Source: the human T2T-CHM13v2.0 reference genome, Homo sapiens. Taken from it: DNA of 64,000 bases. The DNA lies in NCBI RefSeq assembly GCF_009914755.1, contig NC_060947.1. One strand, written 5' to 3'. Position numbers and translations under genes: made by a program. The stretch's first letter is position 1; each line of letters begins with the position of its first letter. The notes below the pieces were generated by a model that saw only the letters and a list, made by a program, of their open reading frames with translations, searched no databases and was not told where the DNA came from. Below are positions 43,739-54,136 of this stretch, piece after piece.

Positions 43739-43875
43739 TTTTCTTTTTCTCAAGTGCATGTGGCAACCTGATTCCCTTTGGTAGGTGCAGAGAAACGTCA
43801 TCGGTTTGGTCCACAGATACGCATGTTTGACTCCCTGATGACTGATGAGTAGTCTGTGTATGGTCGGGGTTAACT

Positions 43876-45002
43876 ATGGGTCACATGGAGTATAAACATT
43901 ATACTTATCTCTTCTATATTAAACTCTGGTTAAAACAGAAAACGGTCCGAGTGCCCAAGGGAAATATGATCACTCTGTTCAGGGCAGTGGTAAAATTCTG
44001 TCCTTGGTTTCCTGAAAAAGGAATCTTAGATGTAGACCTGTTAAAACAGGGAAGGGTCCGAGTAACCATGGAAAATAAGGTCACTCTATTCAGGGCGGTG
44101 GAAAAATACTGTCCTTGGTATCCTGAAAAAGGAACCGTATATGTAAAAGTATGGGATCGTGTCGGTGCCACATTCTGGGAACTGGTCTTGACAGGGAATT
44201 ATGTTCCCGTCACTGTTTGGGGTGATTGGGCCTTGGTATGTGCCATCCTAATACCTCCTCAACTTTCCTCTCCCGCATTGCCTTCATCATCTGATCAGCC
44301 TCTCCCTTTGCCTACTCCTCCCCCATTTAACGATGCTGAGACTTCAATATCTAACTCCGATGACTTTGGCTTAATATTACCCCTACTTATCTTACTTCTT
44401 TTCATGAAGGGCCAGTACTTGAAGCTCCCGCAGCCCCGACTCACACAGCCCAGGACCACAGATATTCTAATTCTTCTCTCTTCAAACCTCTGGCATCAGC
44501 TAATGGCTGCAGGACCAAACTACAATTTACCTATAATTCTCCAGGCCCTCCCCCATCCACTACAGCCCCTCACCCTCCTGTCATTTCGGTTCCTCAACCA
44601 GTCTGCGTCGATATGCACCACTCAATCTTACCTTTTAAAAAGAATTTAAGGATACTTGTACTCAGTATGGTGCTACTTCTCCTTATGTTAAAATGGTATT
44701 ACAAACTTTTTGTACTGAGGTCGTCTTGCTTCCTTTAGACTGGGACCTTTTGACAAAAGCTGTTCTAACCCCATCTCAGCCTGGTGGGCAGAGAAGGCCA
44801 GTTTTCAGGCTCAGCTAAATCGTACTAACAGCATTCTAATTACTCAGGCTCAGCTCACAGGCTCCAATAGTTTCTCTGATGCTTATGGCCAATTAAACTT
44901 TGATGTTCTTACCACATAACAAGTAACAAAGGTGTGTATGAGAGCTTGGGATAAATTACACACCCCAGGCCAAGCTCTTGTTTCCTGTACTGCTGTTAAA
45001 AA
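43876..45002 (+). pseudogene. gag: Defective gag (MA and CA N-terminal domain); frameshifted, C-terminal half deleted
   Basis: MG start, CPWFPEKG matrix motif; CA remnant KEFKDTCTQYGATSPYV..DWDLL..CMRAWDKLHTPG. Confidence 0.88.
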
Positions 45003-45349
45003 AGCTCAATTGCTTTTACTACCTAATATCGTTTTAAACAAAGGAGATAAGACACGTGGCCCTGGGATGGGCTCTGTCAGTGAAAAGGCTGCTTATTGGA
45101 TTAATGTAATTTCTAAACAATGGCCCGCCTCCACCATCCACATTCAAGGAAAAAAGTTTTGAGGGCCTAGTACATACTGAGGCTGAAAATAATATTCCAC
45201 ATAACTCTTATAGTGCTCCCAGTCAACATATGATGGAAAACATGAGGTTTGTTCCTGGGCTGGGTCTCACTCCAAAGCATGAAGGGATTGTTAAACCCCT
45301 CCCAGTTACTGTAAAAGAAAACAGGGCGGGTTTAGGTTATCCTTTTTAA
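45003..45349 (+). pseudogene. pro: Defective pro (dUTPase tail, protease stub, G-patch)
   Basis: AQLLLLP; FEGLVHTEAE in place of LVDTGAD; MMENMRFVPGLGL..GIVKPL...RAGLGYPF* G-patch. Confidence 0.85.
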
Positions 45350-46821
45350 TGGCGGCCGCTGCCATGCCTTCTGATCCTATCCCTTTACAATGGAAATCTG
45401 ACACACCTATTTGGATTCAGCAGTGGCCGCTTTCTAAAGAAAAACTGGAGGATTTAACTCAATTGGTTTCTGAACAGTTACAACTTGGAAATGTGAAACC
45501 TTCTCTTTCCCCCTGGAATTCTCCTGTGTTTCTAGTAAAAAAGAAATCAGGCAAGTGGCGGATGGTAACCAATTTAATGGCCATTAATGCTGTAATTAAA
45601 CCTGTGGGGGCAGTCCAACCTGGCATGCCTGCCCCTGCTTCAATACCTAAAAATTGGCCTCTCATAGTTATTGATTTTAAAGATTTTTTTCATATACCTT
45701 TACATAAATCAGATTGTGAAAAATTTGCTTTTACTGTACCGTCTATCAATAATCAGGATCCTGCAGCTCATTATCAATGGAAAGTACTTCCTCAGGGAAC
45801 ACTGAATAGCCCTACAATCTGCCAGCTTTATGTTGAACAAGTGCTTTCACCAGTTCGAGCCCAATTTCCCCAGGCCTATGTTCTTCATTATATTGATGAT
45901 ATTTTAATTGCTGCCCCCACTGATAAAGAATTAATTGACCATTATCAAATTTTGAGCTGCCTTATAACAGAGACTGGATTACACATCACTCAGTATAAAA
46001 TTCAACAGACCGCTCCTGTTCAATATTTAGGAATGGTGGTCGATAAACAATGTATTCAACCTCAAAAAGTTCAATTTAGGAGAGATTCCTTGAAAACTTT
46101 AAATGGCTTCCAAAAACTTTTGGGTGACATTAATTATTTAAGACCTACTTTAGGTATTCTGACCTATGCGCTGTCTAACTTGTTTTCTATGCTGCAGGGA
46201 GATTCCAATCTCCACAGTCCCAGGACTTTGACCCCTGAGGCTTCACTAGAACTGGAATTAGTAGGGGAAAGAATACAGACCACCCAGTTATCTAGAGTAC
46301 AGCCGTTTCAGCCTTTTCAGCTTCTGGTTTTCGCTTCATTACACTCCCCTACTGGACTAATAGTTCAACATAATGATTCAGTGGAGTGGTGTTTTCTTCC
46401 TCATTCTGTGTCAAAAACTTTGTCTGTTTATCTGGACCAAATAGCCATCTTAATTGGACAGGCAGAGTGTAGAATACTTAAAATTTCTAGATTTGATCCT
46501 AATTTAATTGTAGTTCCTTTAAATCGGCTTGAAATTCAAGCTGCCTTTCAACATTCCATACTGTGGCAAATTCACGTGGCTGATTTTATTGGTGTTATTG
46601 ATAATCATTATCCAAAGAAGAAATTGTTTGATTTTATAAAAAGGACTTCTTGTGTGGTCCCTCGATTAATCAAAGATCAGCCTATTCCTGAGGCCATTAC
46701 AGTGTTCACTGATGGCTCCAGTAATGGCAATGCTGGTTATGCAGGTCCTACAAACAAGCTTATTTCTACCCCTTATACCTCTGCTCAAAAGGCAGAGTTA
46801 ATTGCTGTAATTACTGCCTGA
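45349..46821 (+). CDS. pol: Open 490-aa frame: HERV-K reverse transcriptase, connection domain and RNase H N-terminus (probably non-functional)
   Basis: WIQQWPL, SPWNSPVFLVKKKSGKWR, LPQG, YIDD (45889-45900), FQKLLGDIN, VFTDGSS, SAQKAEL. Confidence 0.85.
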   Translation: MAAAAMPSDPIPLQWKSDTPIWIQQWPLSKEKLEDLTQLVSEQLQLGNVKPSLSPWNSPVFLVKKKSGKWRMVTNLMAINAVIKPVGAVQPGMPAPASIPKNWPLIVIDFKDFFHIPLHKSDCEKFAFTVPSINNQDPAAHYQWKVLPQGTLNSPTICQLYVEQVLSPVRAQFPQAYVLHYIDDILIAAPTDKELIDHYQILSCLITETGLHITQYKIQQTAPVQYLGMVVDKQCIQPQKVQFRRDSLKTLNGFQKLLGDINYLRPTLGILTYALSNLFSMLQGDSNLHSPRTLTPEASLELELVGERIQTTQLSRVQPFQPFQLLVFASLHSPTGLIVQHNDSVEWCFLPHSVSKTLSVYLDQIAILIGQAECRILKISRFDPNLIVVPLNRLEIQAAFQHSILWQIHVADFIGVIDNHYPKKKLFDFIKRTSCVVPRLIKDQPIPEAITVFTDGSSNGNAGYAGPTNKLISTPYTSAQKAELIAVITA

Positions 46822-46930
46822 CAGGATTTCCCCAAACCTTTAAATATTGTCTCTGATTCTACTTAACATGGGAAAGAGGATATGCTTGTGTTTCACCAGG
46901 AGATCATCAAAAGAAAAGCAAAGGGAAAAG

Positions 46931-49010
46931 ATGTCCATGTCAGAGACTGCCCTCAGAAGTGGTGAGATCTGTGCCAACTCCTCAGAAGCAGGCACACCAA
47001 ATCACAGTGGATCTGATTCAATCCTCCCTGATGGCAATGGAGACTCATCTAACTAATCCCACTTCTCCTGATTACCTTTCCTTTTCTTCTTACAAACCTA
47101 AAAATCTCACCATTTCTATTAGCCTGAAAATAACACCCCTCTGTTCTTCTCTTCCTCCTTCAGCACTCAGTCTCACTTACAATGGGTTTTATTTAATGAT
47201 TCTCCTCCTTATACTTTCTGTCTCACCAGTTTCCTCTCACACTGATTTGCCTGCTACGCAAAGTTATTCTTATTGGGCTTATGTGCTTTTTCCTCTGCTT
47301 ATTCGACCTCTCACCTGGATAGATGCTCCTGCAGAAATCTACACTAATGATAGTGTGTGGATGCCTGGAACTACAGATGACCGTTGCCCTGCTCAACCAG
47401 GAGAAGAAGGCACTGCATTGAATGTTACCATGGGTTATAAATACCCTCTCTGTGCCTCAGACATGCACCTGGTTGTATCCATCTAGATACTCAAGTCTGG
47501 GCTGCTTATCTTCTGGAGAGATCAGCTACAGAGGAACTGGGACATTTGGTCTCTGGCCTCTCTCTTTCACCTTTAAAACAAATGAAAGGGGGAGTAATGG
47601 GAGATACCCCATACTTTCAATATAAACCTGCAGGAAAACCATGCCCTAAAAATTTTGAGGTCCCATCTAAAATTTTAATTTGGGAAGATTGTGTTAACTC
47701 ACATGCAGTAATATTAAAAAATGACTCACATTGTTTAGTAGTAGACTGGGCACCAAAGGGCTATTTGAAAAACAATTGCTCCTCTGGCAGAGGGGAATGC
47801 GTGGAGGCTACTTATTTTACTTCTTATTGGGAGAACGAGAATCATCATTCTACTTTGCATAGGAGGTTCACCTCATTCTTTCCCTTAAAATGGGAAGATA
47901 AAGGCATTACCCCCACAATGCCTCATATGATACTCCCCATTCTGAGCCCAGAACACCCAAAACTTTGGAAATTGGCTATTGCCATGTCTGGACTGCAAGT
48001 ATGGGAAGGGGTAACTATTCTGTCTGTTGTTCCCACTACAATCCCCCTCACTCAGTATCAATGTAGATCCAGACATTCTACTTAACTTACCTCCAACCTG
48101 ACTGTTCCCATACAGAGTTGTGTTAAGCCTCCTTACATGCTGTTACTGGGAAATATCAAAATTTGGAAGAACAATCAAACTGTCCAATGCATTAATTGTC
48201 ATTTGTACACTTGTATTAACTCCCATTTTGACTCCAGAAAAAGTGTAATATTGGTTCGAGCTCGAGAAAGAATCTGGATTCTGGTAACTTTGCCCAGACC
48301 TTGGGAATCCTCCCCCTCAATACATTTAATTAACGAAGTGTTACAGCAAATTCTAAAAAGATCTAAGAGATTTGTTTTCACTTTAATCGCTGTGATCATG
48401 GGCTTAATTACAGTCACTGCAATGGCCACCAAGGCCGGAATGGCGTTACATCAATCTATTCAAATGGCTCATTTTATTAATGATTGACAAGCCAATTCCA
48501 CCCAAATGTGAAGTTCTCAACAAGGCATTGATCAAAAATTGGCTAATCAAATTAATGATTTAAGACAGTCTGTTATTTGGCTTGCAGATCGGGTAGTGAG
48601 TCTCAAACATTGCATGTAAATGCAGTGTGATTGGAATACTTCAGATTTCTGTATCACCCCATATTCCTATAACAAGACTGATCATTCATGGGAAATGGTC
48701 AAAGGACACCTTCTGGGTAAGGAAGATAATTTATCATTGGACATAATTAATTAAAAAAACAAATTTTTGAAGCCTCTCAAGCTCACTTATCCATCGTGCC
48801 TGGAGCTGAGGCATTAGATCAGGTGGCAGAAAATCTTTATGGACTAAACCCCACAACTTGGATTAAGTCTGTTGGGGCCTCCACTCTAGTAAATTTTGGA
48901 ATTACGTTTCTCTGTTTAATCGGCTTGTTTTTAGTGTGCCGGACCAGTCAAAGAATCCTGCATCAAAATCAAGAGAATGACAAGCCTTCATCGCCATGGC
49001 ACATTTATAT
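46931..49010 (+). pseudogene. env: Defective env (SU and TM) with several frameshifts and stops
   Basis: YSYWAY, EIYTNDSVWMPG, IWEDC, PEHPKLWKL; furin site RSKR (48359-48370) followed by fusion peptide [12 protein letters not shown]; [12 protein letters not shown]. Confidence 0.9.
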
Positions 49011-49027
49011 AAAAAGAAAGGGAGAGA
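49011..49027 (+). promoter_or_regulatory. Polypurine tract
   Basis: AAAAAGAAAGGGAGAGA immediately before the 3' LTR. Confidence 0.85.
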
Positions 49028-50084
49028 CGTTGTGGGAAATCAGGGACCCTGAATGGAGGGACCGGCTGAAGCCATGGCAGAAGAACATAAATTGTGAAGA
49101 TTTCATGGACATTTATTAGTTTCCCAAATTAATAGTTTTATAATTTCTTACACCTGTCTTTACTGCAATCTCTGAACATAAATTGTGAAGATTTCATGGA
49201 CACTTATCACTTCCCCAATCAATACTCTTGTGATTTCCTATGCCTGTCTTAATTTAATCTCTTAATCCCATCACCTTTATAAGCTGAGGATGAATGTCGC
49301 CTCAGGACCCTGTGATTGCGTTAACTGCACAAATTGTTTAAACAATATGAAATCTGGGCATCTTGAAAAAAGAACAGGATAACAGTGATGTTCAGGGAAC
49401 AAGGGAGATAACCTTAAAGTCTGGCTGCCTGTGGGCCGGGTGGAACAGAGCCGTATTTCTCTTCTTTCAAAAGCAAATAGGAAAAATATTGCTGAATTCT
49501 TTTTTTCAGCAAGGAACATCCCTGAGAAAGAGAATGCTTTCCCAAGGGGAGGTCTCTGAAATGTCCGCTTTGGGAACGTCTGTCTTTTACGGCTGTTGAT
49601 AAGGGATGAAATAAGCCCCGGTCTCCCGTAACACTCCCAGGCTTATTAGGACAAGGAAATTCCTGCCTAATAAATTTTGGTCAGACCGGTTGTCTGCTCT
49701 CAAACCCTGTCTCCTGATAAGATGTTATTATTGAAAATGCCTGCCCGAAACTTCATTAGCAATTTTAATTCCACCCTGGTCCTGTGATCTCACCGTGTCT
49801 CCATTTGCCTTGTGATATTTTATTACCTTGTGAAGCATGTGATCTCTGTGACCCACACCATATTCGTACACTCCCTCCCCTTTTGAAAATCACTAATAAA
49901 AACTTGCTGGTTTTGCGGCTCGGGGGGCATCACGGAACCTGCCGACATGTGATGTCTCCCCTGGACATCCAGCTTTAAAATTTCTCTCTTTTGTACTCCT
50001 TCCCTTTATTTCTCAGACCAGCTGACACTTAGGGAAAATAGAAAAGGACCCACGTTGAATATTGGGGACTGGTTTCCCCCAATA
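49028..50084 (+). repeat. 3' LTR (MER11 type, 1057 bp)
   Basis: Direct repeat of 42663-43718; starts CG rather than TG; AATAAA at 49895-49900. Confidence 0.95.
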
Positions 50085-50134
50085 TAAATAAAATGGTCAG
50101 TCACACATAGGGCCTCCTAGAAGGAGCTGCGAAC

Positions 50135-50550
50135 AGAGGCAGTATGGCACAGTAAATGGAGCACAGAATCCTTCATAAAAAACCCTGTCTTTGAATTCAA
50201 ATTTAACAGGAAAGACTGTGTATTCTTGGAATAACTTATTTAACTTAACCCCTGTTAGCATCAATATTCTCAAGATGATTCATATAACACCCCTCATGGT
50301 ATTGTCTGGCAATGTGTGATGCTCAATTATTGACAACAGTAACGAAGAGTTTGGTGTTCTCTTGTAGTCTTGAAAAATATTACCTCAATAACACAGGTAC
50401 TTTGGAGGAAAAGTATTTAAACTCTTTGTGCCCCAGTTCCTTATTTGTTAAAGGGAAAGACTAATGATACGATGTTACAGGCTGTATGATGGATTAAATA
50501 ATACAATCCATATAAACATAAAACAAATGTGTAATGAATGCTAACTCTTA
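50135..50550 (+). mobile_element. Two MIR fragments
   Basis: AGAGGCAGTATGGCACAGT..; TTTAAACTCTTTGTGCCCCAGTTCC..GGATTAAATAA. Confidence 0.6.
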
Positions 50551-52367
50551 TACACTCAATATGGTATCAATATTATTTCTCCAAAGAACTGACCTAGCCT
50601 GGATTCTGATTTCTTTCAGTTTTTTTTTTTTTTTTTTTAGAACAAACAGAACCTATTCTCTAAAGAAAACAGACTATACATCATGAGAGCAGGCCCCTAC
50701 CTTCCTGACATATGTGTGTGCCAATTAGAGTAGAGCATCCCAGCCTTGCCTCAACTTCACTACTGGGAATTTGGAGGCCTTCCAATGGACTCCTGTGCTG
50801 TGGCTAGTACAGATCATACACTGCTCCATACAGAGAGATGCAATGAGATCACTATCTCCCTTTCTACTCACTGATAACCATCACTCACCATATAGAGTCA
50901 TTTTCTGCTTTCCAGGGTATTCTAAAGGTCTCGATGCTCAAAACACAGTAATGTTAGGGCCATGCTTTGAAGAGAAGCATCTTGTGCTAACATTAAAGAT
51001 GTACACACATGCAAAGGTTCTGAAAAATTTAGAAAATCATAAGGAAAATACCCAGCATCTGGGTTTTTTGGACCAGCAGGATGATTTAGTATTCCAAGTT
51101 TTTATGACTAATATCAGCATTAATTTTTTAGCACTTTTTTTATATATGCTTGTTCTCTCTATCTCTTTCTCTCTCTCTCTCCAACTGAGGTTATAAGAGG
51201 GATAGAAAGTCTTAAACAGAAATCGGTTTCCAAGAGCTGAAAGCTTTTGGATTTAAAGCCATGCTTTTAAGCTGGATTTTTTTTTGTTCATTAGCACTCT
51301 AGTGCCTGAGGACTTACTGGGTTGGTAATGTCAAGTTCAACAAAGAGGCAACAGTAAAATATGCATTGATTGTAGTGACACATTTTCTTTCCTGGTTTCC
51401 TTTTGAATGAGTTCAGAGATTTTTCACTGTGGACATCACTCCATCCTTCTATAGTCCCTGGAGCCTGATCCCCAATTTCAGCTAATTCCTGGGAATATAA
51501 GTGTGGATCTCATAGGGCCAAAATTCTGTTTTCACCTGATAAGGAAGCAATGAGTTTTCAAGCCCAAGTTAATCTCAATCCTGAATTTTTTTTTGAAAAG
51601 CAAGTAGAATCTGAAGTCACTAAAGGATCTAGAGCTTCTTTCAGACCAAACCCAGTCTCAACTCCCCCCTTAAACTGCTTAACTTCTAGGAAGATGTACA
51701 CATGTTTATTTTTGTTGGAGGGGGCATGCCAAGGTCCTTCATATACTTGGATCATTTCCAGACCAAAAAAAATTTCCTCTTCAACCTAACTGGTAGGAAC
51801 AGTGGTTCAGGAAAGATTTAATTATCCAGTGAGACACAATTAATAGATGTTTCAATGGAGTTTGCAATCTTAGTGCCTATTCGAAAAGTTTAATCTTAAT
51901 GATGGGGAGGTGAGAGATGCTTTGGAAAATGGTCTGGAAAGCAGGATGATTTTTATTTTAAGATTTGGATATGGCTGAGCCTGAGGGCGTGAAAAGCCAC
52001 TTTTTAATTTGAATAGCACTAACTTTGGGGGAATGCATATTATCCAAGGGTACTTGATTCTGTCACAGATGCTGCAACAGTTTGGGAAAACTATTTGGAA
52101 GCCTTAATAAGCACAGTCCCCAAACAACAAAGCTTTAGCCACAGCCCATACATCAAGAAAAAAGACAATAGATGATGCTTTAAAATAATTTATCATTTTG
52201 TATGAAAGTAAGAAAATGAGGGAGAATTTTATTATATAACAGTAATGGACACTCTATTTTTTCTTATGCATTCTGTGAGGTCTCCCCCAACTGAGCTGTT
52301 TGCTATTTCCCCAAGAGGGCACACATTTCCATTCTGATTTATGGGAGCAGAGACTGTCTTATTCATC

Positions 52368-52812
52368 TGTGCTGGATATTCTCCATTTGTCCCTCAAGAT
52401 CTGTTCTCCTCCCTTCTCCACCATGTGCTGCTGGGGGCTAACCACAATTAACTACATCAATTGGGCTCTATCGCTCTTTGGTAAAGTGAGACACCAACAG
52501 GCAACTAAGGTATTTAATCTAGCCTCTTCCCTCCTAGGTCAAGATTTGGCAATGGCTACTTTCCTCTCCCAAGGACTTTTGTTCCTATTGAATGACTCTC
52601 TCCTATAACTATAGGCCTTCTTGGGAGTCCAGTGGCTGACTCCTCCGGAATCTTCATGACTAGCAGCTATATATGCTCTCTTTTTACTACCACTGCACTC
52701 CTTTACCGTCCCTTACTGTTTTTCCTTAACTCTGCCCATATATTATGTTTTTTAAAATATCTCTTCAATTAAAACTCTCTGGGTGGCTGCTGCTTCCTGC
52801 CAGGAAACTGAT
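52368..52812 (+). mobile_element. LTR33-like ERVL LTR
   Basis: TGTGCTGGATATTCTCCATTTGTCCCTCAAGATC...TGCTTCCTGCCAGGAAACTGA. Confidence 0.65.
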
Positions 52813-53479
52813 ACCATTCTCTACCTGGCACAGTGCCTAGTCCATTATCAGCACTTAATAAATGCTTCCAGCTATTATTTTTTTAATATATGTATATATA
52901 AACAACATGGTTAATACCTTTAAATCAGATTTTTTTCGATTTCAAGCAAGGGGCATTTTCATGTTAAGGTATTTTCAGTACTGGAGAATTTCTAGTCTTT
53001 GCCTTTATAAACTAAAGTTTAAGGACTGTGATTCTGAAGACTTGAGGACTGATACATGGGTGCATTTCAAAAGTTCAAAGCTTAAAACAGAAAAATCATA
53101 AAAATTTCATTTAAACTAACTCGAATAAGCATTAACTTTTTTTTCACTGTGGCAGAATTTATCAAAATAAGGATCTATAACCAGTTGGTTGAGGTCTGAA
53201 ACTCTTTGCATTTTTATTTTATTAGTTTTGGGGATATATTCACTGTTACAAGATATGACTTTGAGCTTTTAAGACCCACATCTATATGAGCCAAAAAAGA
53301 GAGTCAGTATTAATATGTCCAATTCTATGATGTTATTAAGGACTGTGATGAAAGATGTCTTATTCTCAGATGGAGGTTTCACAAACCAGGAAAATTACCT
53401 GACTTTACCACTATATTTAGGGAGGAAAACTAGCATATCAAGAATTGTTGCTATGTCATTAGATATTTGTCCTGAAGGG

Positions 53480-53661
53480 AATGTTCTCCAGAGATAACTG
53501 GCATAGTACCATCTGAAGAGCTGTTTAAAATGCAGATTTTCAGGCTCTAATGAGGACCTAGTGAATGCAAACACCTGGGGAGATGACCTTGGTAAATAGA
53601 ATATTAATTTTATTAACTGCCCCAGGTTATAACACTGCATATCAAGTTTGAGAACCTTTGC
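53480..53661. mobile_element. MER5A-like DNA transposon
   Basis: TTAAAATGCAGATT..TTAACTGCCCCAGGT..AAGTTTGAGAACC. Confidence 0.7.
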
Positions 53662-53899
53662 AATAATAAGTCACACTGAAAGACCCTTTCTATGGGAGGA
53701 ATAGATCTTAAAAATTGATCTATTTAAAAATCAAAGAAAGGCTAATGTACAAAATAAAGCTTTTAAAAAACAAATTTGGAATGACAATTTTGATGTAGCT
53801 TGCCATGAAATTAGGATCAATTGTCAAATTTAAAGTTGGCTGTTATTTAAATTAGGGGATGCCTAGAATTCCATAACAAATATAATTATTATGATGACA

Positions 53900-54136
53900 T
53901 TTTAAGAAATTTAAGGAATGACCCTTGCCTCTCCACTTATTCATTGTAACATAGCACTTTCTACCTCCTGTTAGTTATTTTTCCATGTGCCTAATCTTTG
54001 CTGATAGTTTGTGATTTCTTTGAAAGCAGGGATCATGCCTCCTATGTTTTATATTATCTATAGTTCCTAGTTTCTAGCACAGTATCTGACTTATGGTAGG
54101 ATTATAATAGATATTAATTGAAAGAATGAATGAGTG
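53900..54136 (+). mobile_element. L2 3' end
   Basis: TTGAAAGCAGGGATCATG..CTAGCACAGTATCTGAC..TTGAAAGAATGAATGA. Confidence 0.7.

Larger units (their letters stand above)
42663..50084 (+). mobile_element. HERV-K(HML-8)/HERVK11 provirus, internally deleted (7422 bp)
   Basis: Two MER11-type LTRs, PBS, betaretroviral gag/pro/pol/env remnants, PPT; perfect 6-bp TSD TAAATA at 42657-42662 and 50085-50090. Confidence 0.93.

Noticed and set aside
46959-49119. env fragments as a co-opted envelope gene
   Set aside because: Multiple frameshifts and stops in both SU and TM
42908-49978. Pairs of near-identical ORFs (e.g. 42997/49363, 43418/49784)
   Set aside because: Simply the two LTR copies, not duplicated genes
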